A stretch of DNA of 64,000 bases, from NCBI GenBank assembly GCA_036170915.1, contig JAVHQC010000035.1, forward strand, positions 64,001 to 128,000, written 5' to 3'. A program made the translations under genes and the position numbers. The notes under the pieces are model-generated. The model saw nothing but the letters and a program-made list of their open reading frames with translations, had not been told where the DNA came from and did no database searches. Source of the DNA: Cyanobacteria bacterium auto_48_18. GTDB lineage: Bacteria; Cyanobacteriota; Vampirovibrionia; Obscuribacterales; Obscuribacteraceae. Shown in pieces: positions 48,549 to 58,129 of the stretch. How positions within the stretch are numbered: position 1 is the stretch's first letter; every line of letters starts with the position of its first letter.

Positions 48549-49940
48549 ATGTCTATGACAGAAAAGCAACTACTCGCGCCGAATGTGTTGACGGAGCTGG
48601 TTGACTTGGGCCAACGCCAGAAACTGCGTTTGCTTTTAAATGACCAGCACCCTGCCGATTTGGCTGAATGTTTTGAAGAGCTGGGACCGAGCTATCGAAT
48701 CTCATGCTTTCGCTTGCTCGATTTAGACAATGCTTCGGCCCTGTTAGCAGAACTCGAACCAGACGGGCAAACAGAGTTGCTGCGCGATTTGGGCGACATC
48801 AGTATTGTTGCTTTGATCAGCAACATGTCGCCCGATGACGCCGTCGATTTGCTCAGTGAATTGCCGCAAGAAAAGGCGCGCGATCTGATTCGCCAGGTCT
48901 CTGACGTAGAAGCGCAAGAAGATCTGACCCAGCTGATGACCTTCAAAGAAGACACTGCCGGCGGCATCATGTCCACCGATTATCTGGCTCTCCATGCCGA
49001 TATGACTGTGGCCGAAGCCCTTGTCTATTTGCGTGAAAAGTACGAAGACTTAGAAGAAGAGATATACGACGTCTATGTCGTAGATGAAAAAGAAGTGCTT
49101 GTGGGCGAAGTAACTCTCAAAGAATTACTCACCGCCTCGCCGGAAGTTTTAGTCAAAGACGTAATGGACGAAGACCTGGTGATGGTCGAAGCCGAGGTCG
49201 ACCAGGAGCAGGCTGCGGAAATTTTAAGCCGCTATGACTTGCTTACTTTACCAGTGGTCGATGCCCACAAAAAATTGCTTGGTATTATCACCGCCGATGA
49301 TGTCATCGACGTATTAAAAGAAGAAGCAATTGAAGATATTTTCCAGTCATCTGGTATTACCACAGGCCCTGAAAATCAGGATGTTCTTAACTACAACGTG
49401 CGCAGTGCTTTTTCTGCCAGACTGCCGTGGTTAATCATTACCCTCTTGATTGAAAGCGGCTCAGCGTCAGTGATCACCCATTTTGATTCTGTCATTCAAC
49501 AAATGGTTCAGGCAGCTTCATTCATGCCTCTGCTTTCGGGAGTCACCGGCGGAGTAGCCACACAGAGTACTTGTATTCAAATTCAAAGTAGCGGTAAAAC
49601 ACCTCTTAGCTTAAAAGCCGCTTTGCGCAGCATTTTTCATGAACTCAAAGTGGGCATGCTGCTGGGCCTTTTCTGTGGCCTGGCCACCTATTTGATTTCT
49701 CGCTTCCTGCACCAGTCCTCTTACCAACTGGGAGTGGTGGTGGGCGTTTCTCTTTTCATCACTATGACTTTTGGCGTCATTATCGGTACATTAATGCCGA
49801 TTATCTTCCGCAGACTGGGTGTAGAACCGGCTCATGCCAGTGGTCCATTTATTACCAGCATTCTTGATGTGTGCACCATGTCGATTTACCTTACAATAGT
49901 GCACTACTTCCTCGTTGCCTCCAAGGGCATTGCATTCTAA
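48549..49940 (+). CDS. mgtE: Magnesium transporter MgtE
   Basis: [17 protein letters not shown] pair, [19 protein letters not shown]. Confidence 0.95.
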   Translation: MSMTEKQLLAPNVLTELVDLGQRQKLRLLLNDQHPADLAECFEELGPSYRISCFRLLDLDNASALLAELEPDGQTELLRDLGDISIVALISNMSPDDAVDLLSELPQEKARDLIRQVSDVEAQEDLTQLMTFKEDTAGGIMSTDYLALHADMTVAEALVYLREKYEDLEEEIYDVYVVDEKEVLVGEVTLKELLTASPEVLVKDVMDEDLVMVEAEVDQEQAAEILSRYDLLTLPVVDAHKKLLGIITADDVIDVLKEEAIEDIFQSSGITTGPENQDVLNYNVRSAFSARLPWLIITLLIESGSASVITHFDSVIQQMVQAASFMPLLSGVTGGVATQSTCIQIQSSGKTPLSLKAALRSIFHELKVGMLLGLFCGLATYLISRFLHQSSYQLGVVVGVSLFITMTFGVIIGTLMPIIFRRLGVEPAHASGPFITSILDVCTMSIYLTIVHYFLVASKGIAF

Positions 49941-49972
49941 TCGGCTTTATTTTCTCCATGAGGTCAAATTCG

Positions 49973-51574
49973 ATGGAACTGGTCAAAGACAAAGATCCAA
50001 ACAAAAAGCTGGTGGATAAACGAGAGAAAGCGTCCACCGTGAACCAGTCGGTGAGCGCTAAGCGACACGAACGTGGAGTACTAATGGCGCGGGAGCGCAT
50101 CGATCAGCTTGTAGATCCGGGCACTTTTCTGGAAATTGATCGATATGCCGTGCACAAATGCCTTGATTTCGGCATGGAAAATAAAGTAGCAGCCGGCGAC
50201 GGAGTAATCACCGGCCAGGCTCATATTGACGGTCGCCCAGTTTATTTGTTCGCTCACGATGCCACGTTTGTTGGTGGTGCTCTAGGCGAAGTTTTTGCTC
50301 GCAAAGTTTGCAAGATTATGGACCTGGCTAAACAAGCAGGTTGTCCGGTGATCGGGCTGAACGAGAGCGGTGGTGCGCGCATTCAAGAAGGCGTGCGTTC
50401 ACTAGCAGGTTATGCCGATATTTTTTATCGCAACGTCAGCTGCTCGGGAGTGATACCACAAATATCAGTAATCTACGGGGCCTGCGCCGGCGGTGCCGTT
50501 TACAGCCCGGCGGTGACCGACTTTACAATCATGGTTAAAGACAAGAGCTGGATGTTTGTCACTGGCCCTGAAATTGTGCGCACCGTCACTGGTGAAGACG
50601 TTTCTCTTGAAGAACTGGGTGGTGCCATGACCCACAACTCGAGATCTGGCGTAGCGCAGCTCTTGGCTGAAGATGAAGAAGACTCATTCTGGTTGACAAA
50701 AAAACTGCTCTCTTACTTGCCCGGCAACAATCTTGACGCACCACCGCAAGAACCATTTGACCTGGCCAACGATCATCTACAACCAGCTGACATGGCTGAA
50801 CTGAACAGCATCGTGCCAGTTGAAGCGGCAAAACCGTACGACATGTACGGAGTAATCAAACGTATCTTTGATAACGGTGATTTCTTTGAAATTTCACCAC
50901 ACTTTGCCACCAACATTATTACGGGATTCGCCAGATTGGGTGGCAGATCTGTAGGCATTATCGCCAACCAACCTAAATCGCTAGCTGGTTGTCTAGACAT
51001 CAACGCTTCTGTGAAAGCCGCTCGATTTGTGCGTTTTCTTGACGCCTTCAATATTCCGATTCTGACCTTCGTTGACGTGCCCGGTTATCTGCCAGGCACA
51101 TCGCAAGAGTACGGCGGCATTATTAGACACGGTGCCAAGTTGCTCTATGCCTACTGCGAAGCTACTGTGCCTATGCTCACTGTCATTACACGCAAAGCCT
51201 ATGGTGGTGCATTTGATGTAATGGGTTCAAAAAATGTGGGTGCAGATTTCAACTTTGCCTGGCCTACAGCCGAAATCGCAGTGGTTGGTGCCGAAGCTGC
51301 CGTCAATTTGCTCTATCGCAAAGAACTGAGTGATGAAGCCAGTAAAGCTGCTGGAAAAGCTAGTGGTGCAGCTACTGAAGGTAGCCGTTTCACCGAACTG
51401 GTCAGCGAATTTAGAGAGCGTTTTGCTAATCCATATATTGCTGCTGAAGAAGGCTATATAGATGATGTGATTATGCCTGAAGAAACCAGAGCGAAATTAA
51501 TCGCCGCATTAACTGTGCAAGCCAATAAAAGAGTGGAACGCCCCCGGCGTAAACATGGCAACATTCCTCTTTAA
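49973..51574 (+). CDS. pccB: Acyl-CoA carboxylase carboxyltransferase beta subunit (PccB/MmdA-like)
   Basis: [49 protein letters not shown] before ATG 49973. Confidence 0.88.
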   Translation: MELVKDKDPNKKLVDKREKASTVNQSVSAKRHERGVLMARERIDQLVDPGTFLEIDRYAVHKCLDFGMENKVAAGDGVITGQAHIDGRPVYLFAHDATFVGGALGEVFARKVCKIMDLAKQAGCPVIGLNESGGARIQEGVRSLAGYADIFYRNVSCSGVIPQISVIYGACAGGAVYSPAVTDFTIMVKDKSWMFVTGPEIVRTVTGEDVSLEELGGAMTHNSRSGVAQLLAEDEEDSFWLTKKLLSYLPGNNLDAPPQEPFDLANDHLQPADMAELNSIVPVEAAKPYDMYGVIKRIFDNGDFFEISPHFATNIITGFARLGGRSVGIIANQPKSLAGCLDINASVKAARFVRFLDAFNIPILTFVDVPGYLPGTSQEYGGIIRHGAKLLYAYCEATVPMLTVITRKAYGGAFDVMGSKNVGADFNFAWPTAEIAVVGAEAAVNLLYRKELSDEASKAAGKASGAATEGSRFTELVSEFRERFANPYIAAEEGYIDDVIMPEETRAKLIAALTVQANKRVERPRRKHGNIPL

Positions 51575-51581
51575 CTGCTGA

Positions 51582-52397
51582 CTAATATTTATAGATGATT
51601 TGAGCTTTATTGGTGCTGCTGACGTCAGCTGGTCGCTTAGGCCGCCTCAGCTGAGGGTGCAGAAGAAATAGATGCCCACCCATCTCAATTGCCTCATTAT
51701 TTTCAAGACCATCTGCGTCGGCTTGATCATCTATTTTATGGTTGCCGTGCAGTTTTACTACTAAATTGATATGAGCGTTATAAGGTGCTGGCAATATGGA
51801 ATCAAATTTGGCCACCGGATCCGCCGCCCCAGTAACTTTTTCCACATGGGTTAGAACCGCCGGCGGAAAAGGCGAATCAAAAAAGACAAATACACCTCTT
51901 ACCTGATCGCCCTGCCGTGCTTGCATCTTGGCCATGCGTCCAAGAAAATCTTTGAATAAGTCAAGTTGAGCGTGAGCATTCTCATTTTCTGCGGTTTTAC
52001 TGAAAAGCGGCTCAACCACTAAAGCGCAGGCTAGTGTCTGGCCGGTGTTGGTTTTAAAGTTCAATTCGTAGACCGGCATTGCCACTTTTTGAAAAATGCC
52101 GCGCGCGAGCTGCTTTACGTCTACAACTGCAATTTTGGAAAGTGATTCCCACAGCTTTATTTGACGATTGTATAGCCCGCTTTGATGCGCCTGGGTAAAG
52201 TAATCGGTCAAAACAAACTTTGCCGCCGCCATTACCATGTCTGGCACTTTGGCGGAAGGCTCAAAGAGCAGATTGGCGCAAGCCGCTTCGAGATCTTGAG
52301 CTGTGGCGGTGCGAGGCGACTGAGTGACTGAACTAAGGTTAAAAGCCTCGGTGGTGTCATTTTTTATGACAATGGTTGAGCTATTTACAACAGACAT
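51582..52397 (-). CDS. Hypothetical protein
   Basis: 271-aa ORF filling the gap; family not recognised. Confidence 0.7.
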   Translation of the reverse strand: MSVVNSSTIVIKNDTTEAFNLSSVTQSPRTATAQDLEAACANLLFEPSAKVPDMVMAAAKFVLTDYFTQAHQSGLYNRQIKLWESLSKIAVVDVKQLARGIFQKVAMPVYELNFKTNTGQTLACALVVEPLFSKTAENENAHAQLDLFKDFLGRMAKMQARQGDQVRGVFVFFDSPFPPAVLTHVEKVTGAADPVAKFDSILPAPYNAHINLVVKLHGNHKIDDQADADGLENNEAIEMGGHLFLLHPQLRRPKRPADVSSTNKAQIIYKY

Positions 52398-52831
52398 TTG
52401 ATTTATCAGTCCTAACCACTGTAAAGAATGGGGAATTTGGTGCTATATCAGCCGGAAGTTTGGTAAGGCCGCTTAGCACCATTTAAACGTGGTACATCTA
52501 TGTTAGCGAGTTTAACCAGCGACATGCTATTACTCGAACTTGACGAGGGGGTGAATAAAAGTTCAAGAATATTCAGTAATTTAGCAAATCCATGTCCTTG
52601 GAGTACTCTCGGTAAAGCTTATATCAGGTAAACTGATAGTAGGCATCTTGGCGGTTGCAGCTTACTTTCAGAATTGGGGGAAGTAAGTGCGCAAGTGAGG
52701 GAAGTTAACCTCTATCTTATTGGCTAGTTTAATCCCCCCACAATGCGCACTATTTCACAGAGGCAGCCTTCAGGCTCCGATAGGTCCTGAGCACGCACGT
52801 CTATAGTTTCTGTGAGTTAACCATTTAAATA

Positions 52832-53410
52832 ATGCCTCTGCTTCCATCGAAGAACAACACCAAAGAATTTGATCAATCCGCCGTGTCAGTGCTGACCGAC
52901 CTGAAAAAAGGCGGTAGTGACAAGCGTAATGAATTTATCTGGGTGCACCAGGAACGTATCTACGCTGTAGCCCTGCTGGGTACCGGCGACCATGAGCACG
53001 CGGCCGAAGTCACCATATCTTCCTTCAACAATGCTTTCAGTGCTCTCAACCAGAGTTTGCCTAAAAACCCCGATATGTCAATCTGGGACTGGCTTTCTCA
53101 ATATGTCGTTGAGGCCATGGGTGAGTATCACAGCGCCAACAGCGGGCCACCTGACGAAGAAGAAGCAGACCCTGCTCAAGATGGATCCGCCAGCATGGAC
53201 TGGGAGACAACAGTTCTACTTGGCGTGCAGAGAGTCAAACGTTGCATTGGCTCATTGCCTCAAGAGTTGAAAAGAATCTTTCTGCTCAGGCACAGTCTTG
53301 ACCTCAATTACGAACAAATTTCCATCATTACCAATCAAAAAGTCGAAAGATGTATGGCATTGCTCTACCGCTCTCGAGTGCAAGTAGTGAAATGTTTGGG
53401 CCGCGGTTAA
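52832..53410 (+). CDS. Divergent ECF-type RNA polymerase sigma factor
   Basis: Region-2-like HQERIYAVAL..TGD..AAEVT..F..W.WL; region-4-like LPQELKRIFLLR..LNYEQIS..LYRSR. Confidence 0.75.
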   Translation: MPLLPSKNNTKEFDQSAVSVLTDLKKGGSDKRNEFIWVHQERIYAVALLGTGDHEHAAEVTISSFNNAFSALNQSLPKNPDMSIWDWLSQYVVEAMGEYHSANSGPPDEEEADPAQDGSASMDWETTVLLGVQRVKRCIGSLPQELKRIFLLRHSLDLNYEQISIITNQKVERCMALLYRSRVQVVKCLGRG

Positions 53411-53454
53411 AGTTTACAAGTTAGTGACAGTAAAGGTTTAAAGGTTGATATCTA

Positions 53455-56400
53455 ATGTCTGACGCCGAGTACAGATTACTGATTCAAAGATCATTCGATG
53501 AAGAACTCTCTAAACAAGAGCATCGGGCGTTCGTCAACCATCTGGAAACATCAGATTCCGGTCAGAAGTTTCACCATCAACTTGATCAAATGATCCAGGC
53601 CGCACAAGATACACCTTTGCCCGATGACCTTCGTCCACAAAACCCGGAAGCTCTTGCGAGAATGATTATGGAACAACTACCGCAGAAAAAAGGCTCTATT
53701 TTTGCCATGTTCACCAACTTGTTTGGTGGCGGCGGCGGTGGAAAAGCCAAACCAGGGGCAAGCAAGAACGGTCAGTCGAAAGGCTCGGTCAAAGTTAAAG
53801 GCGGCGACAAGAAAGCCGATGCCAACCGTGGAGCGAAAAAGGGCAAAGGTAATGTTCAAGTAGATGTCGATGACGAAAATGACGTCAGCGCACCAACCGA
53901 CAGACGCCTGCCCGGCATGAAGTTAAGCCGCAAAGAAAAGGCTGCTGAAGCTGCTGCAGAAGAGTTGGAAAACTCAATCGGCACTTTCTCGCGCCTGGGC
54001 AAAATTAATTCCCGTGCCAACGATGCCATGGAAAATCGTGATGCTCAATCAACCACCAGATCTCTTGGTGAAAAATTTGGCATGCCTGGTGCCACAAGCA
54101 ATCCACTTGACGAAGCACCACTAACACTGGCTGAATCAATCAAGCGCAAAGTTTCAGAATCGCAAAAGCTTTCGCCTCTAGACATGGAGAGCGAGGAGTA
54201 CAGTCAAGAAACGTCCGGCGCTCAGGCGCAAAGTGGTGGCAATTTTGCCAGGCCTCAAGACTACGCAGCACCAGAACAAGGCGCTTCAGCATGGAGCGCG
54301 CCAACACCAATCGGTTTACCTATTAAACAAAAAATGGGCGCACCGGTAACGGCTCAGGGCTTAGACTGGAGTGGTGCACCTGCTGGTAGTGGCACCGGCA
54401 GTTATGAAGAACACCCTGGTTCAGCTATTGGTTTAGCACCACCTGGGCAGAAGCCTCCTACTCAGCAAAACATGGGTGCCGTATCGAGCGCCGCATCGGG
54501 CGGGGGTCTTGATTGGGGTGGTGCGCCAGCAGCGGCGCAAAATAATCAAAGCGGCTGGGGAAGTAATCAGCCTGCAATGGAACCTACATCAAGTCAGCCG
54601 CAAGCATTTGCGCCTCCCACTGGCATGAACAATGCTGGTATTAGTATCAGTGCTCCAGCACCAGTAGCACCTGCTGCACCTGCTACTGCTGATGGTGGCG
54701 GCTGGGGTTCGGGCTGGGGCAATGAAAATCAAGCTCCGGCTCCCGGCGCGCCTGTTCAGGGCACCGGCGTGCCTCTAAAATCATCTGACTCGTGGGCAGT
54801 GCCCGGTTCTGAAGCAGCCAGCTCCTGGGGACAGCCCGGCGAAACTCCAGCAGCTGCATTCCAGCCTGAGCCTGTAGCTGCAAGCCCAGGCGTTGACCCA
54901 TGGGGAAGCGCTGCGGTAGCAAATTCTGGTTCTGAATCAAGCACCAGCACTGGTGGCTGGTCGAGCCTGAGCAATGGCAATGCATCAGCTCCAGCTCCAA
55001 TGTCACCGGCACAAGGTGAAGGTGATGGTGGCAACTGGGGCCAGGCAGGCACATGGGGCGCACCTGGTACGCAGGCCGACTCGTCTTCAACTGGTACTCT
55101 AGACTCGGTACATAATGCTGCTCCTGCCCCGGCTAACGACCCCTGGGCACAACCGGCTCAGCCAGCTGCAGCAGCTCCAACTGCTTCGACTAATGACGCT
55201 TGGGCCAGTGTAGCTGCTGAAGTAGCAAAGCCTGCCGCAGTCGCAGCTACTAATGATCCTTGGGCACAACCTGCTCCAGCTGCCGCAGTCGCTAACGATC
55301 CTTGGGCACAACCTGCCTCCATGGGCGCACCACCAGCTTTCCCTGCTCCTGTAGCAACGAATGACCCATGGGCACAGCCTGTATCCGAACCAGCTCCTGC
55401 CCCTAGTAATGATCCCTGGGGCCAAGCTTCACAGGCTCCACAAAGCGCACAAAATTTCGGCGCACCGGCTTCAACTATTCCTGCTTCCGCTCCGGCACCA
55501 GTCAATGACCCTTGGGCCCAGGCAGCGGCAGCACCCCAGGCATTAGCACCGGTTGCCAATGAAAATGTAGGTTGGTCAGCACCAGCAGCTCCTGCTGCTG
55601 ATGCCTCAGGCATGGCCTGGGGACAATCAGCATCTGGGGGTGGCGCTCAACCTATCGCTCCCGCTCCACTTGCTACTCCAGCGTGGGGCTCACCGGAATC
55701 GGCACCACCTGATGCTAGTGCAATGCAGCCGGTGGCTCGAGCAGCTTGGTCACCAGAAGCTGAACAGATGGAAACCGGCACCTGGCAAGCCTATGGGAAG
55801 AAAGAACAATCTACACCACTAGCACCAGCAGCCTCGGCGTTTGTGCCTCAGTCTGCACCAGCAGCCGCCCCGGCAGGCGATCGCTGGGATCAACCGATTC
55901 AAGATCGCAAGCCAGAACCGGCTGCCACTGAAGCTGCTCGTTGGGATGTGCCAATTCAAGCACGCACCACGGGAGCCGATCTACCAGCACCAGCACCAAT
56001 TGCACCGGTGATGAGTTCGGGTATTCCGGTCAATCAGATCGTAGAAAAAATGGGCGCGGTACTTGGTGGTGGGCAGGACAACCGTTGGGATGTACCTATT
56101 CAAGAACGGGCTAATAAAGATGCTGCACCAGAGCAAGCAGCTGAAGTTATGCCTGCAGCACCAGCTAATGCGGCACCATTTGGTGGCGCACCGGCACCTG
56201 CTGCACCATCAGCATGGGGCGATACTCCATCTCCATCTCCATCTCCAGCCCCGACAACCTGGGGCACACATCCGGAACAGCCTACTACAACTCCATGGGG
56301 GGCGGTGGAAAGCGCACCAGCAGCAGCTCCGGCAGGTGCTGCAGACGCGCCTGCAGCACCTGCCGCCTGGTCGGCACCAGCAGAAGTGGCACCTCAAACA

Positions 56401-58098
56401 CAACCAGCTGGATGGGGCAATGAAAAGCCACAAGTTCCTTCCTGGACAGCCGCCGCAGAAGCCGCTCCGGCTGCCGCGCCAGCATGGAACAGTGCTCCGG
56501 CAGCAGCAGCACCAGCTCCTTCTGGATGGGGTGTAGAACCACCTGCAGCAGCACCAACATTGCCAGCGCCTTCAGCCTGGGCAGCAGAACCACCAGCCGC
56601 ACCAGCAGCACCTGCAGGAGCAGAGGCGTGGGGTCAGCCACCAGCATGGGGTCAGGCTTCTCCAACTCCTGCTCCAGCAGCACCACCAGCACCAGAAGTA
56701 ACTGATCGCAACAATGCTGGTGGTATGTTCAATTTAGCCGACCGCGATATCGATAAGATTTTTGGCGACAATCTCGGCGTCAGCGAACCGGTTGGCAGAA
56801 CACTGGTAAATACTGGTGGAACGGATCCTTCATTAGCTGTGCCCGCGGCTGCAGTAAATAATTTTGCTCCACCGCAAGCTCCTGCAGCAGCGGTTCCACA
56901 AACACAGGCTCCAGCACCGATTGCACAAGTACAAGCTCCAGCAGCGGCACCACAAGCAACACCTGCCGCTCAAGAAAACAAAGGTCTGTTTTCACTAACA
57001 GATAATGATCTCGACAAATTGTTCAGCAATAATTTAGGAGTGGACGAACCCTCGACTCAAGTAGCGAACAATGCACCATCCATAAGTCCAGTGCAAGCCG
57101 CCAACAACTTTGCGCCACCAGCGCAAGCAGCCCCAGCAGGCTGGAGTGCACCAGCTGAAGCACCTGCAGCTCAACCGGCAGGTTGGGGTGTACCTGCACC
57201 TGCTCCTGTGGCCGGCGCCACTACATCTGGTGGCGGCTGGTCAGCCGCCCCACAAGCACCAAGCGGCTGGGGCATGGAAGCAGCTCAACCTGCAGCAGCA
57301 GCACCAAGCGGTTGGTCAGGCGCTACTCCTGCAGCACCTGCTGCCGAGGCACCAGGTGGTTGGGGCACACCCACACCACCAGCACCGCCAGCCTGGAATC
57401 AAGCTCCAGCTGCAGCGGCAGCACCAGCGCAAGAGCAAAAAGGTGGCTTGTTCTCAGTTGACGATAATGTGATGAACCGCATTTTCTCAGATAATCTAGG
57501 CATTCCAGAAGATGCAAATAGTTCTTCAGCTACAAATTCTTCTTTAGATTCGCAGACTGATATGGGCATGTCGGCTCCGCCTAAGATTGCTGGTATCGGC
57601 CGTCTTGACGCTTCTGCCGATCAGAACCAAGACGCTGGTTCAGGCAGAATTGCTTCCATCGGGAAATTCTTGCTCGATCAAAAAGACCTGGATAAAATCG
57701 GTAAACTAACAAGCTCCGACTTTAACGAAGGCAAAATGCGCATCCTCACTCTTGAGGCTTCGCAAGATTTGCAATCGTTGCTAAGCCAGATAGGCACTCA
57801 ACAGGGAGTCGTCGGCTCAGTAATTGTGGGTCATGACGGACTTCTGATTGCCAACACCATGCCTGGTGATATGGACGCTGAATCTGTTGGAGTATGGGCA
57901 CTGGGTGTTTATATGAACACTGAACACGTGACTAAAAAAATGGGTCACGATCGGGTGCACCAGGTTGTCTCGAGAACCCACCGCGGTTACGTGGTAATTG
58001 CCGACTTCGGCGGCGGTTTGCTCGTCACTGTAACTGACGGCAGAGACACTGATTCATTGATTCCGCTGATGCGTACCATCACACAGCTGGTTAATTGA
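53455..58098 (+). CDS. Anti-sigma-like N-terminus, long Pro/Ala/Trp disordered region, C-terminal Roadblock/LC7 (MglB-like) domain
   Basis: LIQRSFDEELS..E..F..HL; repeated motifs; GVVGSVIVGHDGLLIA..G at the C-terminus. Confidence 0.8.
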   Translation: MSDAEYRLLIQRSFDEELSKQEHRAFVNHLETSDSGQKFHHQLDQMIQAAQDTPLPDDLRPQNPEALARMIMEQLPQKKGSIFAMFTNLFGGGGGGKAKPGASKNGQSKGSVKVKGGDKKADANRGAKKGKGNVQVDVDDENDVSAPTDRRLPGMKLSRKEKAAEAAAEELENSIGTFSRLGKINSRANDAMENRDAQSTTRSLGEKFGMPGATSNPLDEAPLTLAESIKRKVSESQKLSPLDMESEEYSQETSGAQAQSGGNFARPQDYAAPEQGASAWSAPTPIGLPIKQKMGAPVTAQGLDWSGAPAGSGTGSYEEHPGSAIGLAPPGQKPPTQQNMGAVSSAASGGGLDWGGAPAAAQNNQSGWGSNQPAMEPTSSQPQAFAPPTGMNNAGISISAPAPVAPAAPATADGGGWGSGWGNENQAPAPGAPVQGTGVPLKSSDSWAVPGSEAASSWGQPGETPAAAFQPEPVAASPGVDPWGSAAVANSGSESSTSTGGWSSLSNGNASAPAPMSPAQGEGDGGNWGQAGTWGAPGTQADSSSTGTLDSVHNAAPAPANDPWAQPAQPAAAAPTASTNDAWASVAAEVAKPAAVAATNDPWAQPAPAAAVANDPWAQPASMGAPPAFPAPVATNDPWAQPVSEPAPAPSNDPWGQASQAPQSAQNFGAPASTIPASAPAPVNDPWAQAAAAPQALAPVANENVGWSAPAAPAADASGMAWGQSASGGGAQPIAPAPLATPAWGSPESAPPDASAMQPVARAAWSPEAEQMETGTWQAYGKKEQSTPLAPAASAFVPQSAPAAAPAGDRWDQPIQDRKPEPAATEAARWDVPIQARTTGADLPAPAPIAPVMSSGIPVNQIVEKMGAVLGGGQDNRWDVPIQERANKDAAPEQAAEVMPAAPANAAPFGGAPAPAAPSAWGDTPSPSPSPAPTTWGTHPEQPTTTPWGAVESAPAAAPAGAADAPAAPAAWSAPAEVAPQTQPAGWGNEKPQVPSWTAAAEAAPAAAPAWNSAPAAAAPAPSGWGVEPPAAAPTLPAPSAWAAEPPAAPAAPAGAEAWGQPPAWGQASPTPAPAAPPAPEVTDRNNAGGMFNLADRDIDKIFGDNLGVSEPVGRTLVNTGGTDPSLAVPAAAVNNFAPPQAPAAAVPQTQAPAPIAQVQAPAAAPQATPAAQENKGLFSLTDNDLDKLFSNNLGVDEPSTQVANNAPSISPVQAANNFAPPAQAAPAGWSAPAEAPAAQPAGWGVPAPAPVAGATTSGGGWSAAPQAPSGWGMEAAQPAAAAPSGWSGATPAAPAAEAPGGWGTPTPPAPPAWNQAPAAAAAPAQEQKGGLFSVDDNVMNRIFSDNLGIPEDANSSSATNSSLDSQTDMGMSAPPKIAGIGRLDASADQNQDAGSGRIASIGKFLLDQKDLDKIGKLTSSDFNEGKMRILTLEASQDLQSLLSQIGTQQGVVGSVIVGHDGLLIANTMPGDMDAESVGVWALGVYMNTEHVTKKMGHDRVHQVVSRTHRGYVVIADFGGGLLVTVTDGRDTDSLIPLMRTITQLVN
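54892..55525 (+). repeat. Coding (N/V)DPW(A/G) peptide repeats
   Basis: 7 DPW plus 1 DAW motif; recurrent aaYgaYccNtgggc. Confidence 0.85.
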
Positions 58099-58129
58099 TT
58101 CGCAAAATTCAGTTGCTCAACCAGTCAAT

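Noticed and set aside
49871..49972. N-terminal extension of the carboxylase in the ORF track
   Set aside because: It overlaps mgtE; an SD supports a start at 49973.
52670..52720. c-di-AMP (ydaO) or c-di-GMP riboswitch
   Set aside because: Only fragments (GGGGGAA, GTTAACCTC) resemble the consensus; order and core motifs do not fit.
54683..57517. Many alternative-frame and antisense ORFs, or a CRISPR-like array, in the repeat region
   Set aside because: These are shadows of Ala/Pro codon bias. The repeats are degenerate at synonymous positions and irregularly spaced, so they are protein-level repeats.
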